This document shows positions 8,564 to 17,343 of a stretch of DNA of 64,000 nucleotides, piece by piece. The translations under genes and the position numbers were made by a program. The notes beneath the pieces are model-generated. The model was not told the DNA's origin. It saw only the letters and a list, made by a program, of their open reading frames with translations, and made no database searches. The first letter of the stretch is position 1. Every line of letters starts with the position of its first letter. This stretch comes from Candidatus Nomurabacteria bacterium (GTDB lineage Bacteria > Patescibacteriota > Minisyncoccia > Phycocordibacterales > UBA918). The stretch covers positions 560,594 through 624,593 of the forward strand of contig CP060228.1 in assembly GCA_023898565.1 (NCBI GenBank). The letters run 5' to 3'.

Positions 8564-8597
8564 AAAAAGCGCGCCGGCGAAGCCGGCGCGCTTTTTG
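8564..8597. terminator. Intrinsic terminator
   Basis: aaaaaagcgcgccggc gaa gccggcgcgcttttt. Confidence 0.8.
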
Positions 8598-8636
8598 TTA
8601 CTATTCATTTTTACCAAGAAGCGTATACTTACTCAT

Positions 8637-9158
8637 ATGAACTGGCGAATTACACAGCTCACTATTGGCTTGGTTGCGCTTGCGGCGGCGTACTTCTTTT
8701 ATGTTGAGACCACTCATGATGACACTACAACAGAAGAACCGGAGTCTGAGGTAATTACCACAACTCCGACAGTGTCCGGAGGAATGGTGGTGATTGATTG
8801 GCATGGTCAGGAGTTGCAGCAGGTGCCACAATCGTTATTTGAGCAAGTCGATACCGAGGTGCTGGACCTATCAAATAACGAGTTGAGTGGTGCGCTGCCG
8901 GCTGAAGTACATCGGTTGACTAAGCTCCGCCGGTTGGACTTAAGCAACAACAACTTTACTGGCTTGCCGGCGGAGCTTGGCCAGCTTTCCCAGCTTGAAT
9001 ATCTCAACATCTCTGGGAATCCTATTACTGGTTTACCGTACGAGCTCGGCAATTTGAAAAACCTCAAAGAGCTTAACCTCCGTGCTACGAATTATTCAAC
9101 ACATGACTTAGAGATTATTACGCAGTCACTGCCAGCTGGAGTTATAATATATAAGTAA
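8637..9158 (+). CDS. Leucine-rich repeat protein with N-terminal TM anchor
   Basis: LxxLxLSNNxLxG repeats (LDLSNNELSGALP, LDLSNNNFTGLP, LNISGNPITGLP). Confidence 0.7.
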   Translation: MNWRITQLTIGLVALAAAYFFYVETTHDDTTTEEPESEVITTTPTVSGGMVVIDWHGQELQQVPQSLFEQVDTEVLDLSNNELSGALPAEVHRLTKLRRLDLSNNNFTGLPAELGQLSQLEYLNISGNPITGLPYELGNLKNLKELNLRATNYSTHDLEIITQSLPAGVIIYK

Positions 9159-9174
9159 TCTGTTACGTATAGCT

Positions 9175-9771
9175 ATGAAAAAGACGCTCGTGGTTGGGGT
9201 TGTTGTGGCCGTGGTTTTGTTGGCGTGGCAGCGTACCCATGACGATGCTACATTGGTTACGGATTCTGAACCGGAGACATATGCCGCTGTTTCGGCGCCT
9301 GATTTGGGTCTGGCTTTTCAGTACCGCACGGCACCAAACGGTTATGTTCTGCATACGCTCGAAAAAAATGAGCAAACTGACCCAGACTTTGAACGTCTCT
9401 ACACGCTCATGTTGGCGACAGACTATGAATTCATGCAAGGGCAACTGGATGCAAGTGAATGGCCGCCATCAATTGGTATTACTGTGTATAAAAATAGTAA
9501 CCACGAGACGACAAGTACTTGGGTCGACGCTCACCCCGAATTTTCAAATAGCCAGCTTATAGCCGGCGCAGTCAATCGTGACGTGACGGTGGCAGGGGTA
9601 CATGCAGTACGATATACCGTAGATGGTCTCTACCTCGTTGACACCATCGTGGTCGCAAATGGAGAATTCATATACGTATTGACTGGCGCGTATCTCGAGT
9701 TTGATTCGATAATTCATCATGATTTTGAGGTGTTTGCTGAATCATTGCAGTTTGTCCCATTGAATTCTTAA
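9175..9771 (+). CDS. Secreted/membrane-anchored hypothetical protein
   Basis: N-terminal signal/TM MKKTLVVGVVVAVVLLAW. Confidence 0.5.
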   Translation: MKKTLVVGVVVAVVLLAWQRTHDDATLVTDSEPETYAAVSAPDLGLAFQYRTAPNGYVLHTLEKNEQTDPDFERLYTLMLATDYEFMQGQLDASEWPPSIGITVYKNSNHETTSTWVDAHPEFSNSQLIAGAVNRDVTVAGVHAVRYTVDGLYLVDTIVVANGEFIYVLTGAYLEFDSIIHHDFEVFAESLQFVPLNS

Positions 9772-9791
9772 GTATTGAAGACTAGTTGGTT

Positions 9792-10025
9792 TTATTTAGA
9801 CTGTTCATCAGCGAGTGCTTGCAGATACGCTACCTGTGCTTGAAGTTTTTGGATGTAGATTAATTGCAGTAGTTTTACATCCTCCCTCAGCACGTTGACT
9901 AGCTCAATCATAACGGTGCGTTTTTGTTCGGTAATTTGTTCGTCAGTAATAGTCGCGGCTTGTGCTGGCAGTGCAGCAATCGAAACAAATGCTAGTAACG
10001 ATAGAAACATTCCCGCCGCGTACAA
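9792..10025 (-). CDS. Small secreted protein (77 aa) with signal peptide and coiled region
   Basis: Signal peptide ending AQA; no Cys. Confidence 0.45.
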   Translation of the reverse strand: MYAAGMFLSLLAFVSIAALPAQAATITDEQITEQKRTVMIELVNVLREDVKLLQLIYIQKLQAQVAYLQALADEQSK

Positions 10026-10131
10026 GTGAAGTGATCGTTGTACATGGTGTTTTTGTTTTAGTTCTAGTAATTGTGGCTACATTAGGCGATGACGACAAAG
10101 TGTCGGTTTACTTACGAATATCGTGTGTTCT

Positions 10132-10158
10132 TATAAAAACACCCCCGAAGGGGTGTTG
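10132..10158 (-). terminator. Intrinsic terminator for the radical SAM gene
   Basis: aacacccc gaa ggggtgtt, T-run on minus strand. Confidence 0.7.
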
Positions 10159-10168
10159 AAGTGAGGAG

Positions 10169-11077
10169 TTACCCTTTCGGGAAACAGGGAATGCAGCCAG
10201 TCGGAGCGCAGGGGCCGGGGCCGTGCTTGGGTGAACAGGTATCGTACGGAGAGCAGACTTTCGGCGTGCAAACTGCTTGCTTGCCGATAGTAGCCTCGCC
10301 AATCTGGCGACGAATGATGCCACTTGTCGGTGAATCCAGGACCGTAGTGAGGGATTTTCCGTCGCTCACCGAACCAATCGACCAGCTGGTTGACATCGTG
10401 CAGGGAGAGATGCGTCCGTCGGCGCCGACGAAGACAGTATCGCCAGCACAGTGACCACAGAGTTCGCCCATGTCACCAGAACCGTCATTGGCGCGACCGA
10501 CCTTGCGAGCGGTTTCGTAGCCGTGCACTTCCACACCCATGTCTTCCAGCATGGCGATGGTGGTCAGTGCGGCTCCTTCGTTTTCTGCCATTTCAATCAC
10601 CGCGGCCTTCACCGGCACGTGGTTGCCAATAAGGCCGAGAATGTTGCCGATCGTACGATTGAAGCTTCCCGGATGCTTGGTGACAGCGTCGTGAATTTTG
10701 GCGTCAGGCCCGTAGACCGACGTCTTAACGTTCACGTTGTGCGCAACAATCGCATCGACGACTTCGCGGCTGAGATGGTAGAGGTTGGTGTAGAGCTGGA
10801 TCTCAGTATAGCCGCGGGTGGCAGCGTAGGCGATCAGTTTCGGCAGGTCAGGATTGAGCGTCGGCTCGCCGCCGATGAATTGCACCAGGCGGCAACCGAG
10901 GTTGTATGACTCGTCCAACATGCGTTTCCAGTCTGCCGTGGTCATGATGTCGGTGTTGCCCGAGTAGGGTCCCGAATCAACACAGCAATGCGCACACTGC
11001 ATGTTGCAGCGATTGGTGAGTTCCAGCCAGAGAAAGTCCACTTTCGGAGCGTTCGGTTCAGTGCTGATAATCGTCAT
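10169..11077 (-). CDS. Radical SAM / SPASM-domain peptide-modifying enzyme
   Basis: CNMQCAHCC (CxxxCxxC) radical SAM cluster motif; C-terminal CX10GX4C ... C-x4-C-x5-C-x7-C-x4-C-x2-C auxiliary-cluster (SPASM/twitch) cysteines. Confidence 0.75.
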   Translation of the reverse strand: MTIISTEPNAPKVDFLWLELTNRCNMQCAHCCVDSGPYSGNTDIMTTADWKRMLDESYNLGCRLVQFIGGEPTLNPDLPKLIAYAATRGYTEIQLYTNLYHLSREVVDAIVAHNVNVKTSVYGPDAKIHDAVTKHPGSFNRTIGNILGLIGNHVPVKAAVIEMAENEGAALTTIAMLEDMGVEVHGYETARKVGRANDGSGDMGELCGHCAGDTVFVGADGRISPCTMSTSWSIGSVSDGKSLTTVLDSPTSGIIRRQIGEATIGKQAVCTPKVCSPYDTCSPKHGPGPCAPTGCIPCFPKG

Positions 11078-11129
11078 GGTAATTCCTCAGAGAATGTAAA
11101 AAGAACACGCCTATGTAGGCTCTGAGACT

Positions 11130-11585
11130 ATGACACACATTTTTATCATTTCAAGCACTGCTTCAATGCGGTATGATGGGCGAGTGAGTCTGCGGTTTAG
11201 GCGTTTTTTTCGATATTCTCTTGTTGGCGGATCGACCTTTTTGCTTGATCTTGCTTTGTTGTTCTTGCTGATTGACTGCCTACAGATTGATTATTTACGA
11301 GCTGCTGGAGTTGCGTTTCTGGTAGCCGTTTCAATAAATTATGTCGTGAGTCGAACGTTTGTTTTTCCTGGAACAACGCGAACCCTTAAACAGGGGTATT
11401 TCAACTTTATTGGCATAGCTCTCTTGGGGCTGGGTTTGGTGGTTGGCGGCATGTTTGTGGTCGTGGAGAAGCTTGGCGTTTCGTATCTCGTTGCAAGGAT
11501 ATTGATTGCAGCAGTGACAGGTTTCTGGAATTATCTGATGAATCTATTTGTGAATTTCAAGGTGGTTGGTTTGCATCTTAAGTAG
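11130..11585 (+). CDS. GtrA-family membrane protein
   Basis: Four TM helices, RYxxVGxxxxxxDxxxLFLL motif typical of GtrA. Confidence 0.6.
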   Translation: MTHIFIISSTASMRYDGRVSLRFRRFFRYSLVGGSTFLLDLALLFLLIDCLQIDYLRAAGVAFLVAVSINYVVSRTFVFPGTTRTLKQGYFNFIGIALLGLGLVVGGMFVVVEKLGVSYLVARILIAAVTGFWNYLMNLFVNFKVVGLHLK

Positions 11586-11605
11586 ACAATCGTAATACTG
11601 TACAT

Positions 11606-11998
11606 ATGAAAAAGCTTTTCTCAATCTTTTTTATGGCATTGGGTGTCATTTTCTTTGTACTGATTTTGTTCTCGGTGTACCTTTATGTCGTTGACCCGTT
11701 TAATCTTAAACCGCTTTTTACGGACGGAGCATCGGTAGCACCAATTGCCGCTGAAGCCACCACTAATTTGGTGGCCACTTCAAGTGCTGTGGTTGATAAA
11801 AACCCGGCACTCTCACCAAGCCAGGAGGCTGCGCTGGAGAGTTTTGGTATTAATCCGGCCACTGTGCCAAGCAACATTTCGTCAGAGCAGGAAGCTTGCT
11901 TTGAGGCAGCGCTTGGAGTGTCGCGAGTCGCGGAGATTAAGGCAGGTGCAGCTCCGACAGCGACTGATCTCTTTAAGGCTCGGAGTTGTCTTCAGTAG
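11606..11998 (+). CDS. Hypothetical N-terminally anchored protein (130 aa), two Cys near C-terminus
   Basis: N-terminal TM then low-complexity Ala/Ser/Pro-rich region. Confidence 0.45.
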   Translation: MKKLFSIFFMALGVIFFVLILFSVYLYVVDPFNLKPLFTDGASVAPIAAEATTNLVATSSAVVDKNPALSPSQEAALESFGINPATVPSNISSEQEACFEAALGVSRVAEIKAGAAPTATDLFKARSCLQ

Positions 11999-12007
11999 GT
12001 ATAGGTG

Positions 12008-12049
12008 TAAAACAAAGGCCGGCGCGCAAAGCGCGCCGGCCTTTGTTTT
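12008..12049. terminator. Bidirectional intrinsic terminator (19-bp stem)
   Basis: aaaacaaaggccggcgcgc aaa gcgcgccggcctttgtttt. Confidence 0.85.
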
Positions 12050-12077
12050 ACACCTTATTTTGCGTTATCATGAAGTT

Positions 12078-14000
12078 ATGAGTACAGTAGCTGAAAAAGT
12101 CTTCGCTGAAATCGAAGAAGAACGAAAAGAATTACGGCTAGGGGTCATTTTAACCACAGTGACTCTAGTTGGTTTGCTGGCAGGAGTGTATTTTGAGCTC
12201 ACAGGCGCATCAACGGTGTGGTGGGGTGGAGCGTATGTTATTGCTTTTTTAGCAGGTGGTTTACCAGCTGCTAAAGGGGCAATTGAAGAGTTGTTCAATA
12301 AATCAATTGACATTGATTTATTGATGGTGCTGGCGGCACTCGCGGCGGCTGGAGTCGGTGAGGCGCGTGATGGCGCAATTTTACTTTTTCTTTTTAGCTT
12401 AGCAGGTACTCTCGAAGGGTACGCGATGGGCAATACTAAGCGCGCAGTGGCTGCACTTATGCAGCTGCGACCGGACGAAGCCAATGTGCTGAATGAAGAC
12501 GGTTCGACTACACGTGTGCGTGTGGAAGAGCTTTCAATTGGGCAGAAGGTAGTGGTGCGTCCTGGTGAACGTATGCCGATTGATGGTGTGGTGGTGTCTG
12601 GAGTTGGTGCAGTAGATCAGTCTTCAGTGACGGGTGAATCGGTGCCAGTTGATAAGCAGCCAGACGATGAAGTGTTTGGTGGTACGGTCAATCAAAATGC
12701 AGTACTGACTATTGAAGTTACCAAGACCGCCGAACAGTCAACTATTTCACGTATGATTGAAATGGTTACCGAAGCCCAAGAAAAACGTTCACCAAGCGAG
12801 CGCTTTAGTGAGTGGTTTGGTGAAAAGTACACCGTTTTTGTACTGATTGGTAGCGTGTCGGCATTTGGTCTGTTTCTCCTCTTTGGATTAGGTATGGACG
12901 AGGCGCTCTATCGCGCGGCAACTATGCTCGTGGTTGCGAGTCCTTGTGCAATTGTAATTAGTGTGCCGGCAGCGGTCTTGTCTGCAATCGCGGCCTCAGC
13001 GCGAGCGGGTGTTCTCTTTAAGGGTGGCGCTGCGCTGGAGAGTTTTGGTGGAATCAAGACAGTTGCGTTTGATAAGACGGGTACCTTGACTGAAGGAAAG
13101 ATGAGGGTAACCGAAGTGATTCCGTTTGCAGGTAAGACTGAAGAGGAAGTGGTGCTAATTGGCGCTGCTCTTGAAGCACACTCAGACCATCCGCTCGCAA
13201 AGAGTGTCGTGGTGTACGCCAAGGAACATAAGCTCAGCATTCCGCATGCGTCAAATACTGAAGCGGTTCCTGGACGCGGTATTGTGGCAATGGTAGACGG
13301 CGTGTCATACTGGGCTGGCAACCGTCCATTGGCAGAAATGCGTGGTGCGAAGATGGACGAAAAGACGGAAGAGAAGTTAGCTTCGCTTGAAGAAGCGGGG
13401 AATACTACTGTGCTCGTGGGAACAGACAAGGAAATTATTGGCGCCTTTGCGATTGCTGACGCGGTCCGTGAAAGTGCGAAAGTTGCGCTTGCAGAGTTAA
13501 AGCGTCATGGCATAGAAGATTTTGTGGTACTGACCGGTGATACACAACGTGTAGCAGACTCTGTGGCGGAAAGGCTCGGGCTGTCAAAAGAGGTGATGAA
13601 GGGCGGCCTTCTACCGGAAGATAAAGTGCGATTGGTGGAAGAATTGGCTAAAGAGAAGCAAGTGGCGTTTGTGGGTGATGGGGTTAATGATGCGGCTGCA
13701 CTTACCACTGCACACGTTGGTATCGCCATGGGAGTGGGTGGTAGCGATGTGGCGATTGAAGCGGCTGACGTGGCGTTGCTTTCAGATGATCTTGAGAAGC
13801 TGGCACACACTCACGCTTTGTCAAAGAAAGCAAATCGTATCATCAAACAAAACCTCTACTTTGCAGTGGGTATCATGGCTTTGATGGTGGTGGTAAATGC
13901 TTCGGTAGGATTGCCGTTGCCGCTTGGTGTGATTGGGCATGAAGGAGGAACTTTGTTAGTGGTTGCTAATGGGCTTCGGTTGCTGTTTCAGAAGGTGTAA
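12078..14000 (+). CDS. P1B-type heavy-metal-translocating ATPase, SPC-motif (P1B-4-like, Co/Zn/Cd) with no N-terminal metal-binding domain
   Basis: DKTGTLT, GDGVNDAAAL, TM motif SPC (VASPCAIV); start at MSTVAEK just after terminator. Confidence 0.8.
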   Translation: MSTVAEKVFAEIEEERKELRLGVILTTVTLVGLLAGVYFELTGASTVWWGGAYVIAFLAGGLPAAKGAIEELFNKSIDIDLLMVLAALAAAGVGEARDGAILLFLFSLAGTLEGYAMGNTKRAVAALMQLRPDEANVLNEDGSTTRVRVEELSIGQKVVVRPGERMPIDGVVVSGVGAVDQSSVTGESVPVDKQPDDEVFGGTVNQNAVLTIEVTKTAEQSTISRMIEMVTEAQEKRSPSERFSEWFGEKYTVFVLIGSVSAFGLFLLFGLGMDEALYRAATMLVVASPCAIVISVPAAVLSAIAASARAGVLFKGGAALESFGGIKTVAFDKTGTLTEGKMRVTEVIPFAGKTEEEVVLIGAALEAHSDHPLAKSVVVYAKEHKLSIPHASNTEAVPGRGIVAMVDGVSYWAGNRPLAEMRGAKMDEKTEEKLASLEEAGNTTVLVGTDKEIIGAFAIADAVRESAKVALAELKRHGIEDFVVLTGDTQRVADSVAERLGLSKEVMKGGLLPEDKVRLVEELAKEKQVAFVGDGVNDAAALTTAHVGIAMGVGGSDVAIEAADVALLSDDLEKLAHTHALSKKANRIIKQNLYFAVGIMALMVVVNASVGLPLPLGVIGHEGGTLLVVANGLRLLFQKV

Positions 14001-14063
14001 AAACAAGCGGCCACTTTGTGGCCGCTTGTTTTAATAAAACAGACTTGCACAGGCAAGTCTGTA
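14001..14063. terminator. Two tandem hairpins after the ATPase gene
   Basis: aaaacaagcggccac tttg tggccgcttgtttt, then acagacttgc acag gcaagtctgt. Confidence 0.8.
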
Positions 14064-14076
14064 GAATGTGTCAGTT

Positions 14077-14277
14077 TTATTTGGTAGTGAAAACACGGCT
14101 GAACCATTTGGCGAGGCCGCTGGTTGTCCACCAGGTCATTTGCTCGTCTTTGGTACGATTGGTGTGGTGTGTGGCAATCAGATGTACAAATCGAAACAGC
14201 CAGCTGTTGGCAAGTCGAATTTGCCAAGCATTGTAACTTTTTTGGCTGACCGAGACCGGCAGGTGTAGGGAACTCAT
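14077..14277 (-). CDS. Small Trp-rich hypothetical protein (66 aa)
   Basis: Strong SD aaggaga 5 nt upstream of ATG on minus strand; preferred over overlapping plus-strand ORF. Confidence 0.4.
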   Translation of the reverse strand: MSSLHLPVSVSQKSYNAWQIRLANSWLFRFVHLIATHHTNRTKDEQMTWWTTSGLAKWFSRVFTTK

Positions 14278-14469
14278 GGTTGTCTCCTTTATACCGACTT
14301 CCTCAGAGAAGTTCTGCTAATATTAAAAGACAGGTAGAGCAATACGTCAATCAGTCGGTGTTCATATCCACAAGTAATAGCAGCGGTAATTCACATTTTT
14401 TCCACAGGTTTGCTCAGTATATTATAAACAGCAGTGTCCTGGTATAGTAGAAGTACGTTTTTGTAGAAC

Positions 14470-15396
14470 ATGTCCATTTCCCAAAAAACTGCCAATAAAA
14501 TCATCGTCACATTGTCGGCTGGTTGTGTGGTATTGGCGTTATTTGGTCTTTTCCAGTCCAATCAGACGTTGGTTAGTTTTGAAACAAATGGTGAAATTGT
14601 ACGTTTAGATGGCACCAGTGAGGGTCGTCGACCGCTGCCCTCCGCTGCAGGGGAGGTTCTAGAGCCTCCGGTCGGCACGACGACCGAGACTTCAATTGTG
14701 CCAATCGAAGAAGGTTGGTTTCAGTATGTGGAAGTGATTGATGGTTGTGGTCCGTATTTTGATGGAGACTGTTTGGCAGTGCGATCTGGCCCAGGAACGG
14801 ATTTTGGAGTGACACACAGTTTGCGTAATGGCATGGTGCTGAAAGTGAGCGGACAGGTCGAGCGTGAAGGGCGTGTGTGGTACAAGATTGTATTTGATGA
14901 GTGGCTGCGTTACCCAGAACGTTTGCGGGGTGATTGGTATGTTGCTGCTGACTTTGTGCGCGTATTGTACGATGAAGGTGACAAGACCATTGATATAAGC
15001 AAACAGATGAGCATATCGAAGAAGCACATTGTTGTTGATCGGTCTGAGCAAAAACTGTACGCGTATGATGGAGAGGAGTTGTTTATGAAAACGACTATTT
15101 CAACGGGACTTGAATTAACACCGACTCCCCGCGGTGTCTTCACGGTTTTTAAAAAGACTCCTAGTCGATACATGCAAGGTCCACTTCCTTGGCTCGTTGA
15201 CCAGCAAGTATATGATTTGCCAGGTGTGCCATGGAATTTGTATTTTACTGAACAGGGGGCGGTAATTCATGGAGCCTACTGGCATGATAAGTTTGGTAAA
15301 CCATATTCACACGGTTGTGTGAATCTTTCGCCTGCAGAGGCAGAAAAATTATACGAGTGGGCAGACTTAGGCACAGAAGTTGTCGTGCAAGACTAG
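14470..15396 (+). CDS. L,D-transpeptidase (YkuD domain) with N-terminal membrane anchor
   Basis: Catalytic motif HGCVNLSPAEAEKLY; N-terminal TM. Confidence 0.8.
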   Translation: MSISQKTANKIIVTLSAGCVVLALFGLFQSNQTLVSFETNGEIVRLDGTSEGRRPLPSAAGEVLEPPVGTTTETSIVPIEEGWFQYVEVIDGCGPYFDGDCLAVRSGPGTDFGVTHSLRNGMVLKVSGQVEREGRVWYKIVFDEWLRYPERLRGDWYVAADFVRVLYDEGDKTIDISKQMSISKKHIVVDRSEQKLYAYDGEELFMKTTISTGLELTPTPRGVFTVFKKTPSRYMQGPLPWLVDQQVYDLPGVPWNLYFTEQGAVIHGAYWHDKFGKPYSHGCVNLSPAEAEKLYEWADLGTEVVVQD

Positions 15397-15448
15397 CAAC
15401 TTTTTCAAGCGTGGTATCATAGGTGCATATTCGTAATCGAAATGTTCC

Positions 15449-16423
15449 ATGGCATTGATCTTTGTTACTCGTAGGATTCCTGAGATTGGACTTCGCTACA
15501 TGCGCGAAGGAGGACATGAGGTGGTGGTGAGCGAGAAGGATGGCGTGCTCACTGAAGCGGAGCTTAAAAAAGCGCTCGCAGCGCGCCCATACGACGGCGT
15601 AGTCAGTCTGCTGACTGACACTATTACTATGGATGTTCTCAAAGGAGCACCAACGGTGAAAGTGGTCGCTAACTACGCAGTTGGTTTTAATAATATTGAC
15701 GTGAAAGGTCTGCAGGAGGCTGGAATTGTGGTCACTAATACTCCTGGTGTGCTCACTGACACCGTCGCAGAATTCACGGCTGCCTTTATTATGGCAGTGA
15801 CGAAGCGTATTCCGGAAGGCGATCGCTTTACTCGTGCAGGGAAGTATAAGGGCTGGGCGCCAGAGCTGCTTCTCGGTAGCGACTTGGCTGGCAAAACACT
15901 CGGTATTGTCGGAGCGGGTCGCATTGGTTCTGGGGTGGCGCGGCGTATGGCAGCTGGCTTTGGAATGCAGGTGAAGTACTACGATATCGCTCGTTCTGAA
16001 GCGCTCGAGGCGGAGGTTGCGTGCGAGTATTACGAATCCCTAGAGGAGCTTCTTAAAGTGTCTGATATCGTGTCTATCCATGTGCCGTTGTTGCCGCAAA
16101 CTGAGCACCTCATCAATGCCGAGCGTCTCGCACTCATGAAACCGACTGCCTATCTCGTAAATACTTCACGCGGCCCGGTGATTGATGAAAAGGCGCTTGT
16201 AGCAGCCCTGAAGAAAAAGATCATCCGCGCCGCTGCGCTAGATGTGTTTGAGCTTGAACCAAAGCTTGCTACTGGACTAAAGAGTCTTGATAATGTCGTT
16301 CTGACACCACACATTGCCTCAGCTAGTGAAGAAACACGAGGCAAGATGTCAGAGCTCGTTGGCTACAACATCAATGAATTTTTCCTCGGTCATACCCCAC
16401 CTAATATAGTAGAAGTGAAGTAA
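15449..16423 (+). CDS. D-isomer-specific 2-hydroxyacid dehydrogenase (glyoxylate/hydroxypyruvate reductase family)
   Basis: NAD-binding GxGxxG (GIVGAGRIGSGVA), catalytic R/E/H arrangement. Confidence 0.8.
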   Translation: MALIFVTRRIPEIGLRYMREGGHEVVVSEKDGVLTEAELKKALAARPYDGVVSLLTDTITMDVLKGAPTVKVVANYAVGFNNIDVKGLQEAGIVVTNTPGVLTDTVAEFTAAFIMAVTKRIPEGDRFTRAGKYKGWAPELLLGSDLAGKTLGIVGAGRIGSGVARRMAAGFGMQVKYYDIARSEALEAEVACEYYESLEELLKVSDIVSIHVPLLPQTEHLINAERLALMKPTAYLVNTSRGPVIDEKALVAALKKKIIRAAALDVFELEPKLATGLKSLDNVVLTPHIASASEETRGKMSELVGYNINEFFLGHTPPNIVEVK

Positions 16424-16426
16424 TAC

Positions 16427-16450
16427 AAAGCACCCCTTGGGGTGCTTTTG
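16427..16450 (+). terminator. Intrinsic terminator
   Basis: aaagcacccc ttgg ggtgctttt. Confidence 0.75.
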
Positions 16451-16469
16451 TTTGGTACTATAGGAAGAT

Positions 16470-16748
16470 ATGGGATTATTTGGAAACGACCTCCCGAAAC
16501 GGGTCACGGAAGTAGAATTTAAAGAAATTATGAGTCGCCTCTATGGCAAGCTTGATGAGAATGAACGAGTAGAGGTAGAGAAGTTATTCCGGGCAGACTT
16601 GTATGAGTCTGGGCGTGAGGCTGGTATTACACAAGAAGAGTTTGGTGCTGGAATTACCTGGCTTAAAAATAATCCACGGAAGCATATTCTTGAGGAAACT
16701 GATATTGAACTCATTACAAAGTATTTTGAAGAACACTTGAAGGATTAA
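16470..16748 (+). CDS. Hypothetical protein (92 aa)
   Basis: Clean ORF tightly coupled to msrA. Confidence 0.45.
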   Translation: MGLFGNDLPKRVTEVEFKEIMSRLYGKLDENERVEVEKLFRADLYESGREAGITQEEFGAGITWLKNNPRKHILEETDIELITKYFEEHLKD

Positions 16749-16749
16749 T

Positions 16750-17238
16750 ATGACGAAAAAAGCAGTAGTAGCAGGTGGGTGTTTTTGGGGGCTCGAGGAT
16801 TTGATTCGCGACCTAAAGGGTGTAGTGCGTACTGAAGCGGGATACACAGGTGGAGAAAATGAAAATCCAACCTATGAGCAGCACCCAGGACATGCGGAAG
16901 CGGTAGAGATTGAGTATGACCCAGAGGTAGTGGATTATCGTCACATCCTGGATTTCTTTTTTCAGATTCATAATCCCACTACGCTCAATCAGCAAGGGAA
17001 CGATAAAGGAACTTCCTACCGTTCGGCAATCTTCTACAGTAATGAAGAAGAGAAGCGAGTGGCTGAAGAGATGATTGCGGTGGTGAATGAGTCTGGTCGC
17101 TGGGATGACTCGGTAGTTACAACGCTTGAACCACTGACGCGTTTTTGGCCGGCAGAAGAATATCACCAGGATTATTTAATAAAGAATCCGGGTGGGTACA
17201 CGTGTCATGCGATTTATTTCGAGAGTTATCTAGATTAG
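16750..17238 (+). CDS. msrA: Peptide methionine sulfoxide reductase MsrA
   Basis: GGCFWGLE active-site motif. Confidence 0.85.
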   Translation: MTKKAVVAGGCFWGLEDLIRDLKGVVRTEAGYTGGENENPTYEQHPGHAEAVEIEYDPEVVDYRHILDFFFQIHNPTTLNQQGNDKGTSYRSAIFYSNEEEKRVAEEMIAVVNESGRWDDSVVTTLEPLTRFWPAEEYHQDYLIKNPGGYTCHAIYFESYLD

Positions 17239-17312
17239 AAAAGCGGGCGGGCCCTATGGGCCCGCCCGCTTTTCTAAAAGGACAACAGCACGCGGGTGGG
17301 CGTGCTGTTGTC
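17238..17312. terminator. Two convergent terminator hairpins (msrA on plus, helicase on minus)
   Basis: aaaagcgggcgggccc tat gggcccgcccgctttt, and gacaacagcacgc gggtgg gcgtgctgttgtc. Confidence 0.8.
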
Positions 17313-17343
17313 TAATTATTATGACAAGCTTGAAATTGTTTGT

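Noticed and set aside
10169-10320. Cys-rich C-terminal tail of the radical SAM protein as a fused RiPP precursor
   Set aside because: The cysteine spacing fits the SPASM/twitch auxiliary-cluster binding pattern (CX10GX4C ... cluster of six Cys), so it is part of the enzyme.
11745-12077. 5' extension of the P-type ATPase ORF (ORF track start 11745)
   Set aside because: The extension reads through the 19-bp-stem terminator at 12008-12049 and overlaps the preceding gene. A conserved ATPase N-terminus begins at MSTVAEK (12078).
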